Shown here piece after piece: positions 41,495 to 50,489 of a DNA stretch of 64,000 bases. The notes beneath the pieces are model-generated. The model made no database searches. It was not told where the DNA came from and saw only the letters and a program-made list of their open reading frames with translations. The position numbers and the translations under genes were made by a program. Where the stretch lies: positions 2,535 through 66,534 of the forward strand of contig CALVBC010000004.1 in NCBI GenBank assembly GCA_944325685.1, in the 5' to 3' direction. The stretch's first letter is position 1, and each line of letters begins with the position of its first letter. The DNA comes from an uncultured Erysipelotrichaceae bacterium. Lineage in GTDB: Bacteria > Bacillota_I > Bacilli_A > Erysipelotrichales > Erysipelotrichaceae.

Positions 41495-41506
41495 AGGGGT
41501 ACATTT
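41485..41506 (+). terminator. rho-independent terminator after the SDR operon
   Basis: AGGGGT-acattt-ACCCCT followed by TTTTT. Confidence 0.7.
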
Positions 41507-41547
41507 ACCCCTTTTTAGCCTTATAATAGACATAAGAAGGTGAGATC

Positions 41548-42888
41548 ATGAATGAAAAAAGAGTAATGATGGAAACAGTAAGCCCTGATATAAGGAAAGA
41601 GAACTTTTTGCCTTTTTTAAAGGGTTATACCTTAGAAGAGGCTAAAGTAGAGGCATCAAGATGTCTTCATTGTAAGGTCCCTAAGTGTCAAGAGGCTTGC
41701 CCGATCCATAATGACATTCCCACTTTTATCCAAGCCATCAAGGAAGAAAGACTTGATGATGCCTATGCCATCATCAAAAAGAAAAGCGTCTTACCAGAGA
41801 TCTGTGGTACAGTATGCCCACATGAAGACCAATGTGAAGGACACTGTGTCATGGGCATCCGATTTGAAAGTGTCAATATCGGTGCTTTAGAGCGCTTTGT
41901 CGCTAAATACGCAAGAGAAAAAGGCCTTGATGATAAAGTCATCACATCAAAAGAAGAAAAGGTCGCCTGTATCGGTTCAGGTCCTGCATCTTTAGCTTGT
42001 GCTTTAGTATTAGCTGATGAAGGATATAAAGTCGATATATATGAAAAGGATGACTTTATCGGTGGAGTCCTCACTTGGGGTATCCCATCATATCGCTTAG
42101 AAAGGGAAGCAGTCGATCATATCATCGATCAATTAAAGAAAAAAGGTGCTAACTTTATCTTAAATGCCAAGATCGAAGACCTAAGCGTATTAAAGGACTA
42201 TCAAGCGATCTTCATCGGTACCGGTGCACCGCATTCCAATGCGATGCGCATACCAGGCGAAGATATCAAAGGTGTCTATCATGCGGATAAGTTTTTGACC
42301 GCCATCAATATGGCACCATTAAAGGATGGTAAACGAGAGTTTGTTGGATGTGGTGAGAAAGTTGTCGTTGTGGGTGGTGGCAATGTCGCGATGGATGCTG
42401 CCCGTGATGCGATAAGATTACCACAGGTCAAAGAAGTGACTATCGTCTATCGCCGTAGTGAAAAAGAGATGCCAGCCTGCAGTGAAGAATTAGAACATGC
42501 CAAAGAAGAAGGCGTCGTCTTTAAGACGCTATGCAATCCAGTCGCCTTTAAAGGTGATGATAAATTAGAAGAAGTCGAATGTGCGATCATGGAGCTTGGT
42601 GAACCTGATAGCAGTGGTCGAAGAAGACCAGTCGAGACTGATCAAAGGATAACGATCAAAGCTGACACCGCTGTCTTAGCTCTAGGCTTCTCTAATGATA
42701 AGGCTATCGCCGAGATCAATAAGATCGAAGCTGATAAATGGGGTTGTTTTAAGGTGGATGAAAATGGTAAGACCAATATCCCTAATATATACGCTGGTGG
42801 TGATGCGGTAACAGGCGCATCAACGGTCGTCAAAGCGATGGATGCCGGTATCAAAGCCGCTAAAGCGATGATCGAGGATCTTAAATGA
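41548..42888 (+). CDS. GltD-like NAD(P)H-dependent Fe-S flavoprotein oxidoreductase (glutamate synthase small-subunit / NfnB / SudA family)
   Basis: 446 aa. N-terminal Cys cluster CLHCKVPKCQEACP...CGTVCPHEDQCEGHC, FAD fold VACIGSGPASLACA, NADPH fold VVVVGGGNVAMDAARDA. Confidence 0.8.
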   Translation: MNEKRVMMETVSPDIRKENFLPFLKGYTLEEAKVEASRCLHCKVPKCQEACPIHNDIPTFIQAIKEERLDDAYAIIKKKSVLPEICGTVCPHEDQCEGHCVMGIRFESVNIGALERFVAKYAREKGLDDKVITSKEEKVACIGSGPASLACALVLADEGYKVDIYEKDDFIGGVLTWGIPSYRLEREAVDHIIDQLKKKGANFILNAKIEDLSVLKDYQAIFIGTGAPHSNAMRIPGEDIKGVYHADKFLTAINMAPLKDGKREFVGCGEKVVVVGGGNVAMDAARDAIRLPQVKEVTIVYRRSEKEMPACSEELEHAKEEGVVFKTLCNPVAFKGDDKLEEVECAIMELGEPDSSGRRRPVETDQRITIKADTAVLALGFSNDKAIAEINKIEADKWGCFKVDENGKTNIPNIYAGGDAVTGASTVVKAMDAGIKAAKAMIEDLK

Positions 42889-43586
42889 GAGTCCTATTAT
42901 TACCCAATCAAACCAAAAAAGAAGCTCTCGCCCTTATGCCGATGTTAGAGAAAAAGCTCATCGCTTTAGGGCATGAGCCTTTAAAAGAAGACGATGATAA
43001 AGCGGATATCATCTTGTTTTTAGGTGGTGATGGTACTTTCATCCGCTACGCGCCTTTCGCCCTAAAAGATGATATCCCCTTTGGTGGTATCAATGTCGGT
43101 AACTATGGTTATCTGACCAATTGTAGTGTCGATGATCTAAATGAGTGGCTATATGGTCTTGATGAATATGATCATGATGAATGCTTGATCTTAAAAAACG
43201 ATGATGAATATATCATCAATGATATCGTCTTTAAAGCTCATCGCAATATCGAGACCTTCTATATCTATGATGATCATAAATTAGTCCATACCGTTAAAGC
43301 TTCTGGCCTTATCATATCGACCCCACTTGGATCAACAGGCATCAACTATTCAGCTAGTGGTCCAATTTTAGACCTAGGCTTAGATGATATCGTCATCACC
43401 CCGATCTTAGCGCAAAGGAATGAAGTGCCACCTTTTGTCTATCACATCAAAAAAGCTTTGATCATCAAAGCTGAAGAAAAATATAGCTATACGATCGATG
43501 GCAAAAGCGAAAAGGAAGCTTTAGATGTAAAGATCGAAGCAAACGACAAGAAACTAAAGAAGATCCATCGTACAACTGATCTTTAA
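42885..43586 (+). CDS. nadK: NAD kinase (short form)
   Basis: 233 aa. ATGA overlap with the upstream gene. Motifs: LGGDGTFIR, GINVGNYGYLT, TPLGSTGINYSASGPIL. Confidence 0.75.
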   Translation: MRVLLLPNQTKKEALALMPMLEKKLIALGHEPLKEDDDKADIILFLGGDGTFIRYAPFALKDDIPFGGINVGNYGYLTNCSVDDLNEWLYGLDEYDHDECLILKNDDEYIINDIVFKAHRNIETFYIYDDHKLVHTVKASGLIISTPLGSTGINYSASGPILDLGLDDIVITPILAQRNEVPPFVYHIKKALIIKAEEKYSYTIDGKSEKEALDVKIEANDKKLKKIHRTTDL

Positions 43587-43618
43587 GACCTCGTTATCGA
43601 TATAAGAGGTCTTTTTTT
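43585..43618 (+). terminator. rho-independent terminator after nadK
   Basis: AAGACCTC-(13-nt loop)-GAGGTCTT followed by TTTTT. Confidence 0.8.
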
Positions 43619-43689
43619 AATAATGGAGCTAGCTTTATATTTGATAATCATATATAATGCCTCTGCACAAATACGTGCTTTTATTTTAT

Positions 43690-45024
43690 ATGAAAATATC
43701 TTTATCTGAACATTTTAGTTATTCAAAACTTATCCGCTTTGTCTTACCTTCGATCATCGTCATGATCTTCAGCAGTATCTACAGTATCGTCGATGGTCTT
43801 TTTGTGTCAAACTTCGCTGGTAAGACACCATTCGCTGCCTTGAATCTGATCTATCCTGTCTTCATGATCATCGGTGCGATCGGTTTCATGATGGGCAGTG
43901 GTGGCAGTGCGATCGTATCCAAGACCTTAGGTGAAGGAAATGATGAACTTGCCAATAAGTACTTCTCCTTCACTGTCTTCATCACCTTAGCGATGGGTAT
44001 CTTCTTTGTCATCTTAGGTCAGATATTCATCGAAGATATCGCGATATTATTAGGTGCTGATTCTAATATGCTACCGCATTGTGTGACCTATGGTAGGATC
44101 ATGTTAGTGGGACTACCAGCCTTTATGCTCCAATACCTGTTTCAAGTATTCTTTGTCGTAGCAGAAAGACCTAAGTTATCCCTATTTGTGACCAGTTTAG
44201 CTGGTATCACCAATATCGTATTAGACTACGTCTTTGTCGGTGTCTTAGGACATGGCTTAGCTGGTGCGGCTCTAGCGACGATCTTGTCACAGTTCATCGG
44301 TGGTCTATTGCCATTAACTTATTTCTTAAGTAAGATCAACGATACTAAGCTTCATATCGTAAAGTTCAAATTCTATGGTGACTTCTTACTCAAAGCGATG
44401 ACCAATGGCTCTTCTGAGCTCATGAGCAATGTCGCTGCTAGTATCGTTACGGTCATATACAATATGCAACTAATGGACATAGCAGGAGAAGATGGTGTCG
44501 CTGCATATGGTGTCATCGCTTATGTCTCGATGATTTTCGCTGGTATCTTCTTAGGTTATGCCACCGGTGTAAGTCCGATCATCGCCTTCAAATACGGTGC
44601 CCAAGATACAAACGAATTAAAGAACCTCTTTAAGAAATCCTTAAAGATCACCCTTATCGTCGGTATCGTGATGACAACAGGCGGTATCTTAAGCGCTAAT
44701 ATCCTAGCTAGTATCTTTACTGGTTATGATCAAGCTTTATTCGAACTAACAAGAACAGGCCTTCAGATTTTCTCGATCAACTACCTGTTCTGTGGCTTCA
44801 ATATCTTTGGCTCAGCCTTCTTCACCGCTTTAAACAATGGTCTATTATCTGCCCTTGTATCTTTCTTAAGGACCTTGGTATTCCAGATCGGCGTATTATT
44901 ACTACTACCGATCATCTTAGGGATCAATGGTATCTGGTTATCGATTAGTGTAGCGGAAATGCTGGCCCTATGTGTAACAGCCTTCTTACTATTCAAGTTC
45001 CGTCATCGCTATCATTACATTTGA
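43690..45024 (+). CDS. MATE-family efflux transporter
   Basis: ORF track gives 43657..45024. ATG 43690 (MKISLSEHFSYSKLIRFVLPSII...) fits MATE N-termini. About 12 TM segments. Confidence 0.8.
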   Translation: MKISLSEHFSYSKLIRFVLPSIIVMIFSSIYSIVDGLFVSNFAGKTPFAALNLIYPVFMIIGAIGFMMGSGGSAIVSKTLGEGNDELANKYFSFTVFITLAMGIFFVILGQIFIEDIAILLGADSNMLPHCVTYGRIMLVGLPAFMLQYLFQVFFVVAERPKLSLFVTSLAGITNIVLDYVFVGVLGHGLAGAALATILSQFIGGLLPLTYFLSKINDTKLHIVKFKFYGDFLLKAMTNGSSELMSNVAASIVTVIYNMQLMDIAGEDGVAAYGVIAYVSMIFAGIFLGYATGVSPIIAFKYGAQDTNELKNLFKKSLKITLIVGIVMTTGGILSANILASIFTGYDQALFELTRTGLQIFSINYLFCGFNIFGSAFFTALNNGLLSALVSFLRTLVFQIGVLLLLPIILGINGIWLSISVAEMLALCVTAFLLFKFRHRYHYI

Positions 45025-45047
45025 CCTTCATCTGAAGGTCTTTTTTT
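45023..45047 (+). terminator. rho-independent terminator after the MATE gene
   Basis: GACCTTCA-tc-TGAAGGTC followed by TTTTTTT. Confidence 0.85.
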
Positions 45048-45115
45048 AACATTATGTCCAACATTATGTCACTTTATAATGTTTTTATAATATTGCATAA
45101 TGTTCTTATAATGTT
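45048..45115. repeat. array of six AACATTAT / ATAAT(G/A)TT 8-mers (two direct, four inverted) at ~11-bp phasing
   Basis: AACATTATGTC occurs at 45048 and 45060. The reverse-complement copies ATAATGTT are at 45076, 45097 and 45108, with a variant ATAATATT at 45087. Spacings are 12, 16, 11, 10 and 11 bp. Confidence 0.8.
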
Positions 45116-45187
45116 CGTTTTTACTCGACATCTAATATCATACGACGAGCAAAGTCCTCTTTTAATACGCACATTTATAACTTATAG

Positions 45188-45242
45188 CCTAGGAACTGCC
45201 TGGGAAGTACCTAGGAAGTACCTAGGAAACACCTAGGAAGTC
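45188..45242. repeat. five tandem 11-bp repeats built on the CCTAGG palindrome
   Basis: CCTAGGAACTG / CCTGGGAAGTA / CCTAGGAAGTA / CCTAGGAAACA / CCTAGGAAGTC, followed by TTTTT at 45243. Confidence 0.85.
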
Positions 45243-45379
45243 TTTTTATCTATGATAGATGATAGCGTAAGTATGATGGGCACTATATTTACTGCCTATT
45301 ATTTCTACGTTCCCTAGATCTATCAAGTTATTCAATTTATTATTAGACTGATCATAAAGCATGACAGATAGCCTTTAGA

Positions 45380-45640
45380 TCACTCCACTCCCTTCTTATC
45401 ATCGATGATCATATATAAAGTAGCACTATCCTCTTTTTTGATATGCTCTTTGATATCTAATACTTTGACCTTTAATTCGCGATGACCAAAGACGATCGTG
45501 ATCTCATCATCGACCTTTACTTCATAAGCGGCTTTTACTTTTCTGCCATTGACCATAAGTCGATCCGCATCAGCTAATTCCTTAGCCACTTGTCTTCTTT
45601 TTAATATCCTTGCTACTTTTAAATACTTATCGATCCTCAT
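45380..45640 (-). CDS. S4-domain RNA-binding protein (YabO/Hsp15-like)
   Basis: 86 aa. MRIDKYLKVARILKRRQVAKELADADRLMVNGRKVK is a canonical S4 motif. Lies downstream of mfd, as in other Bacillota. Confidence 0.8.
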   Translation of the reverse strand: MRIDKYLKVARILKRRQVAKELADADRLMVNGRKVKAAYEVKVDDEITIVFGHRELKVKVLDIKEHIKKEDSATLYMIIDDKKGVE

Positions 45641-48600
45641 CTTTCATCACTCCTTCTAAGCCTCCTAACAATTTGATGATATCACCCATCTCTTCTAATC
45701 GTTTTTGGAAACTGAATTCGATCTTCTCTTTGATATACCTGATCTTGATATCACCGGATACGTCATTACAGAACTGAAATAACTTCATCCCATCGATCAT
45801 ATCGGAGAATTCCTTGGTCAGTGTTATCAAGATCCTAGCATTTTGGATCTTGAATGATTCTACTTTGATCCCATCAATGAATAATTCGATCTGTTTTTTC
45901 TCAAAGATCGCTACGATCTCCTTTGGTAATTTACCATAGCGATCTTTGATCTCTAGATAGTAATCATATAGGTCTTCTTTGGTCTTGATATCATCTAGAT
46001 GATGATAGATATCAAGTTTATCGTAGTCGTTGTCAGTAAATGTATCTGGGATATATGAATCCATTGGGATATTGGGCTTTGGTGTATTGACCTCTTCTTT
46101 GACCTCTTCACCTTTCTTCTTTTTGATCGCCCTTTCTAGCATCGATAAATAGAGATCTAGACCGACATTGTCGATAAAGCCTGATTGTTTTGCCCCAAGC
46201 ATATCACCAGCCCCTCTAATAGCTAGATCACGCATGGCGATCTTATAACCACTACCTAAAGCGGTGAATTCCTTGATCGCCTTTAAGCGTTTATTGGCGA
46301 CTTCTGATAGCTCCTTCTTGGGTGGGATCATAAGATAGGCATATGCGATCTTATCGCTTCTTCCGACACGACCTCTGATCTGATAGAGTTGGGCTAAGCC
46401 GAAGTTTTGGGCATTGTCGATGATGATGGTATTGGTATTAGGGATATCGATGCCAGTCTCGATGATCGTCGTGCAGATGAGGATATTAGCCCTGTCTTCA
46501 TAAAAGGCCATCATCGCATCTTCTAGTTCTTCTCTTTCCATCTTGCCATGGGCGACGATGATCTTAGCCCCTTTGATCTTCTTTTCTAAATTACGGGCGA
46601 TACTATAGATCCTTTCGATGTCATTGTACAAGTAGAATACCTGACCACCTCTAGCCAGTTCTCTTTCGATGACCTCTTTTATCAAACTATCGTTTTTTTC
46701 AACGATATAGGTCTGGATCGGATAGCGGTCTTTTGGTGGTGTATCTAAAGTCGATAAGCCTCTAAGACCGACTAATGACATCTGTAAGGTCCTTGGGATC
46801 GGAGTCGCACTTAAAGAGAGGACATCGATCGATTCCTTTAGTTGTTTGATCTTCTCTTTATGTTCAACACCGAAGCGCTGTTCCTCATCGATGATAAGGA
46901 GACCAAGGTCTTTAAAGACGATATCTTTAGATAAGATCCTATGTGTTCCAATGATGATATCGACAGCTCCTGTCTTTAGACCATTTAGTATCTTCATCTG
47001 GTCTTTATAGCTGATATAGCGATTCAACACCTCCACTCTGACCGGATAATTCTTAAAGCGCTCTTTGAAGGTATTGAAATGCTGTAGGGATAAGACAGTA
47101 GTTGGACATAAGTAAGCGACCTGTTTATGATCTAAGACTGCCTTCATACTAGCCCTTATCGCTACTTCTGTCTTACCAAAACCGACATCACCGCATAATA
47201 GACGGTCCATCGGCTTTTTATCTTCCATGTCCTTTTTGACTTCGATCACCGATCTTGTCTGATCAGGTGTCAGATCATAAGCGAATTCCTTCTCAAAGGC
47301 TTTTTGGATGTCGTTATCCTTAGAGAAGGCATGACCGATATTTTGGGCACGATGCTCATAAAGGATGATCAATTTTTCCGCTAGATCATCAACACCTTCT
47401 TCGACCTTTTGTTTAGTACGGACCCATTCCTTAGATCCTAAACGATGCAGTTTAGGGACGACACCATCTTTAGATACGTATTTGCGTACCAAGGAGAATT
47501 GTGACAAAGGTACTAGTAGTTCGTCATTGCCACGATATAGGATCTTGAGATAATCGAGTTTGATATTATTGACAGTGCGCTGTTCAATGCCGACATATTG
47601 GCCGATCCCATATTGATCATGGACGACATAATCACCTCTTTTTAGCTCTTCATAGGAGTTTAATTTAACTGACTCTTCAAATTTACGAGCGTATTTACCG
47701 AGGTGTTTTTTATGACTGAACAGTTCACTAGAACCGTATACGACAAGGTCTTTATATCTAAAACCACCATAGATATCACCGATCGTGATATTGATACCGA
47801 CGACAAAGGCATCGATAGCGATATTATATGGCGTCTTTAATTCGACTAAAGTATTGATCACTTCTTCTACTTCATTCTCATTTACGACTAAGAGGATCTT
47901 GTCTTTATCGACATCCTTTAAGATCCCTTTTAAAGTCACCACCAAAGGACCATTTAGAGTATCGACTTCCGTGATCTCAGGACTTATCTCGCTAAATGGC
48001 GATGACTTTAAGCGCGCTTTCTTATCGATCTCATGATTGTAGTCGGCAAAGACATAAAAGCGAAGAGGTAGACCACTATCTTCACTCATCTCCCTTAGAT
48101 AGGCAAAGGTCTCTTCTTGCAGGATATGTAAGTGATCTTTGATCCGATCTTCATCGCTTAAATATAACAATGGTCTATCGATATAGTCTAATAGGTGTTT
48201 TTGGCTCTTTAAAAAGGCAAAGTAATAATATAGATTACCCTGATATACCCTTTCTTTGATAAATTCAAGATCGATACTAGCACTATCGGATAGCTCTTTA
48301 TTTTCTAGTAAGGTGTTTATATCTTCATCGCTGAATATGATGTCGCTAGCAAACCCCAATGTACAATGATCTAACTTCTCGATCGTCATCTGCGTATTGA
48401 CATCATAGTAGCGCAATGAATCGATCTCATCATCGAAGAATTCGATCCTGATCGGGCTTTTATGGTTAGGGGCAAAGACATCGACGATCGAACCTCTCGA
48501 GGCATAACTCAAAGGATTCTCACAAGTCGGGACCTTCTCATAACCACCTTCCTTGAGCTTTTTGATGAGCTCTTCCTTAGTGATGATATCCCCAACTTTA

Positions 48601-49007
48601 AGGTCTTGTATAGAGCCTTTTAATAGCTCCTTATCCGGTAAATGCCTGATAAGGCCATATACAGTGGTCACGATGATCTTTTTTGGCATCGCTAAGATCT
48701 CATATAGGGCATTAGTCCTTAAAGCCCTATTTTCAAAAGAAGCAGCGATCGCTTCAGCGCGCATCGATTCTTCTGGTGTATATAAGACGATCTCTTTATC
48801 ATCGTAAAATGATGCCAGCATATCAAACATCCTACTTGCGGTGTAGGGATTTTCTTTGACAACGACCAAAGTATCATCGATATCACTGGCTTTGATGGCT
48901 AGTTTTATCGCTTCTTCGATCTCACTGTTATATGACAAAACGGATGGATCATAAGATCCACCCCCTAGTTCATTTTTTAAGTAGTTAAATAAACCTCTAT
49001 TGACCAT
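45627..49007 (-). CDS. mfd: transcription-repair coupling factor
   Basis: 1126 aa. CarD/RNAP-interaction region (GDYVVHDQYGIGQY), SF2 helicase motifs GDVGFGKTEVA and DEEQRFG, C-terminal TRCF domain. Confidence 0.95.
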   Translation of the reverse strand: MVNRGLFNYLKNELGGGSYDPSVLSYNSEIEEAIKLAIKASDIDDTLVVVKENPYTASRMFDMLASFYDDKEIVLYTPEESMRAEAIAASFENRALRTNALYEILAMPKKIIVTTVYGLIRHLPDKELLKGSIQDLKVGDIITKEELIKKLKEGGYEKVPTCENPLSYASRGSIVDVFAPNHKSPIRIEFFDDEIDSLRYYDVNTQMTIEKLDHCTLGFASDIIFSDEDINTLLENKELSDSASIDLEFIKERVYQGNLYYYFAFLKSQKHLLDYIDRPLLYLSDEDRIKDHLHILQEETFAYLREMSEDSGLPLRFYVFADYNHEIDKKARLKSSPFSEISPEITEVDTLNGPLVVTLKGILKDVDKDKILLVVNENEVEEVINTLVELKTPYNIAIDAFVVGINITIGDIYGGFRYKDLVVYGSSELFSHKKHLGKYARKFEESVKLNSYEELKRGDYVVHDQYGIGQYVGIEQRTVNNIKLDYLKILYRGNDELLVPLSQFSLVRKYVSKDGVVPKLHRLGSKEWVRTKQKVEEGVDDLAEKLIILYEHRAQNIGHAFSKDNDIQKAFEKEFAYDLTPDQTRSVIEVKKDMEDKKPMDRLLCGDVGFGKTEVAIRASMKAVLDHKQVAYLCPTTVLSLQHFNTFKERFKNYPVRVEVLNRYISYKDQMKILNGLKTGAVDIIIGTHRILSKDIVFKDLGLLIIDEEQRFGVEHKEKIKQLKESIDVLSLSATPIPRTLQMSLVGLRGLSTLDTPPKDRYPIQTYIVEKNDSLIKEVIERELARGGQVFYLYNDIERIYSIARNLEKKIKGAKIIVAHGKMEREELEDAMMAFYEDRANILICTTIIETGIDIPNTNTIIIDNAQNFGLAQLYQIRGRVGRSDKIAYAYLMIPPKKELSEVANKRLKAIKEFTALGSGYKIAMRDLAIRGAGDMLGAKQSGFIDNVGLDLYLSMLERAIKKKKGEEVKEEVNTPKPNIPMDSYIPDTFTDNDYDKLDIYHHLDDIKTKEDLYDYYLEIKDRYGKLPKEIVAIFEKKQIELFIDGIKVESFKIQNARILITLTKEFSDMIDGMKLFQFCNDVSGDIKIRYIKEKIEFSFQKRLEEMGDIIKLLGGLEGVMKDEDR

Positions 49008-49545
49008 TGAATCTATTCATCACATCCTTAAAGTCGTGATCTAAACTAAACACAAGGGCATCTTTAGCCTTGTTTATGGCGTCATCATATAACTTAGCAT
49101 CTTCTTTACCGATCTTACCTAAGACAAAGTCTTTAGTATCGATCTCTTTGTGACTGCCGATACCGACCCTGATCCGTTTGATCTCTTTGGTGTGTAAAAG
49201 GTCGATGATATTCTGCATCCCTTTTTGGCCAGCTGATGACCCACTTTCGCGGATCCGGATCTTACCGACTGGTAAGTCCATATCATCATAGACGACGATG
49301 ATATCATCGACATCGATCTTGAAGTAATTGACGATACTCAATACACATTCACCACTTAGGTTCATATAGGTCTCTGGCTTTAAGATGATCGCATCTTTAT
49401 ATTTGCCATAACGCCCTTTGAACTTCTTTATATCGATGTCGACTTTTAATTCCTTGGCTAACAGATCAATGACCGCAAAGCCACTGTTGTGTCTTGTCCC
49501 TTCATATTCGCGGCCTGGATTGCCTAAACCGACGATCAATCGCAT
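48997..49545 (-). CDS. pth: peptidyl-tRNA hydrolase
   Basis: 182 aa. MRLIVGLGNPGREYEGTRHNSGF and later conserved blocks. Confidence 0.93.
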   Translation of the reverse strand: MRLIVGLGNPGREYEGTRHNSGFAVIDLLAKELKVDIDIKKFKGRYGKYKDAIILKPETYMNLSGECVLSIVNYFKIDVDDIIVVYDDMDLPVGKIRIRESGSSAGQKGMQNIIDLLHTKEIKRIRVGIGSHKEIDTKDFVLGKIGKEDAKLYDDAINKAKDALVFSLDHDFKDVMNRFNGQ

Positions 49546-50396
49546 TACTCTTTTGGCTCTTCCTTTACTTCTTCACTAGTCTCTTCAACTACTTCTTCTT
49601 TTGTCTCTTCACTAGCTTCTTCAGTCACTTCTTCGATAGCTTTAGGCTCTTCATCTGCATCTTCATCAGTGATCTTGTGATATTTGTCATAGATACCAAG
49701 GTCATTCATGACAAGCTTACCTGCCTTCATATGTGTGAACCCTTCAACATCTTGGACCATCTCTTCGGATAATTCCTCACTCTTATAAGCTAAGATCGCT
49801 ACAGCGATATACTTATAGAAGCCGATCAAGCGTTTGTCATATGTTGAACCATTTGGATAGTTACCATTCCATAGGTCCCTAAAAAACATCATATTACCTT
49901 GACCATTAAAGACATCATCGATGGCATAGAATAACTTTACGACAAGGTCCTGTTCGATCTGATCACGATATGTATCGACCGCTTTGACAAGACCATCAGC
50001 AGTGTTTTTATCATTTATCATATGCGCTTTGATTAGGTCTAAGATGAGCCAGAAATAAGTGTCTGAATTATACTCAAACTTCTGCGCATCGAATTTATCC
50101 TTATTGCCATAGATCGTATCTTTAAGATCTAAGACGCTTAAAGTTTCACTTGGATCTTTGCCCGACATCATATCGGCATAGATCTCTAATACACGACCTT
50201 TGTTGCGGAATTCTTGGTCGGTCTCTTTTTCGATATAAGCTTTGATCACTTCGATCTTATCATCACGGTCATCAAAGATCGCATCTGAACATGCCACATA
50301 CTCTTTGACATGCTTAGATCTTTTGAATAGTTTGACATTCTGGAAGATCATGATCCCTAATACTACTAATAAGACTATAAATAGAATATCACCCAT
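49545..50396 (-). CDS. hypothetical membrane-anchored protein with acidic low-complexity tail
   Basis: 283 aa. N-terminal TM (ILFIVLLVVLGIMIF). C-terminal E/K/T-rich repeats (EEVTEEASEETKEEVVEETSEEVKEEPKE). 1-nt overlap with the pth start. Confidence 0.6.
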   Translation of the reverse strand: MGDILFIVLLVVLGIMIFQNVKLFKRSKHVKEYVACSDAIFDDRDDKIEVIKAYIEKETDQEFRNKGRVLEIYADMMSGKDPSETLSVLDLKDTIYGNKDKFDAQKFEYNSDTYFWLILDLIKAHMINDKNTADGLVKAVDTYRDQIEQDLVVKLFYAIDDVFNGQGNMMFFRDLWNGNYPNGSTYDKRLIGFYKYIAVAILAYKSEELSEEMVQDVEGFTHMKAGKLVMNDLGIYDKYHKITDEDADEEPKAIEEVTEEASEETKEEVVEETSEEVKEEPKE

Positions 50397-50489
50397 ATAA
50401 ATACCTCTTTTAAAACATACCTATTCTATCATGACTACCATGATATTTACACAAGTTGACTTTAAAAATGGCTCTGTTAGAATAGATAC

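Noticed and set aside
45054-45236. 60-aa ORF in the MATE/yabO spacer
   Set aside because: It has no RBS. Its sequence is dictated by the AACATTAT and CCTAGG repeat arrays (the tail ...LGTAWEVPRKYLGNT is simply the translated repeats). It is better explained as non-coding repeat DNA.
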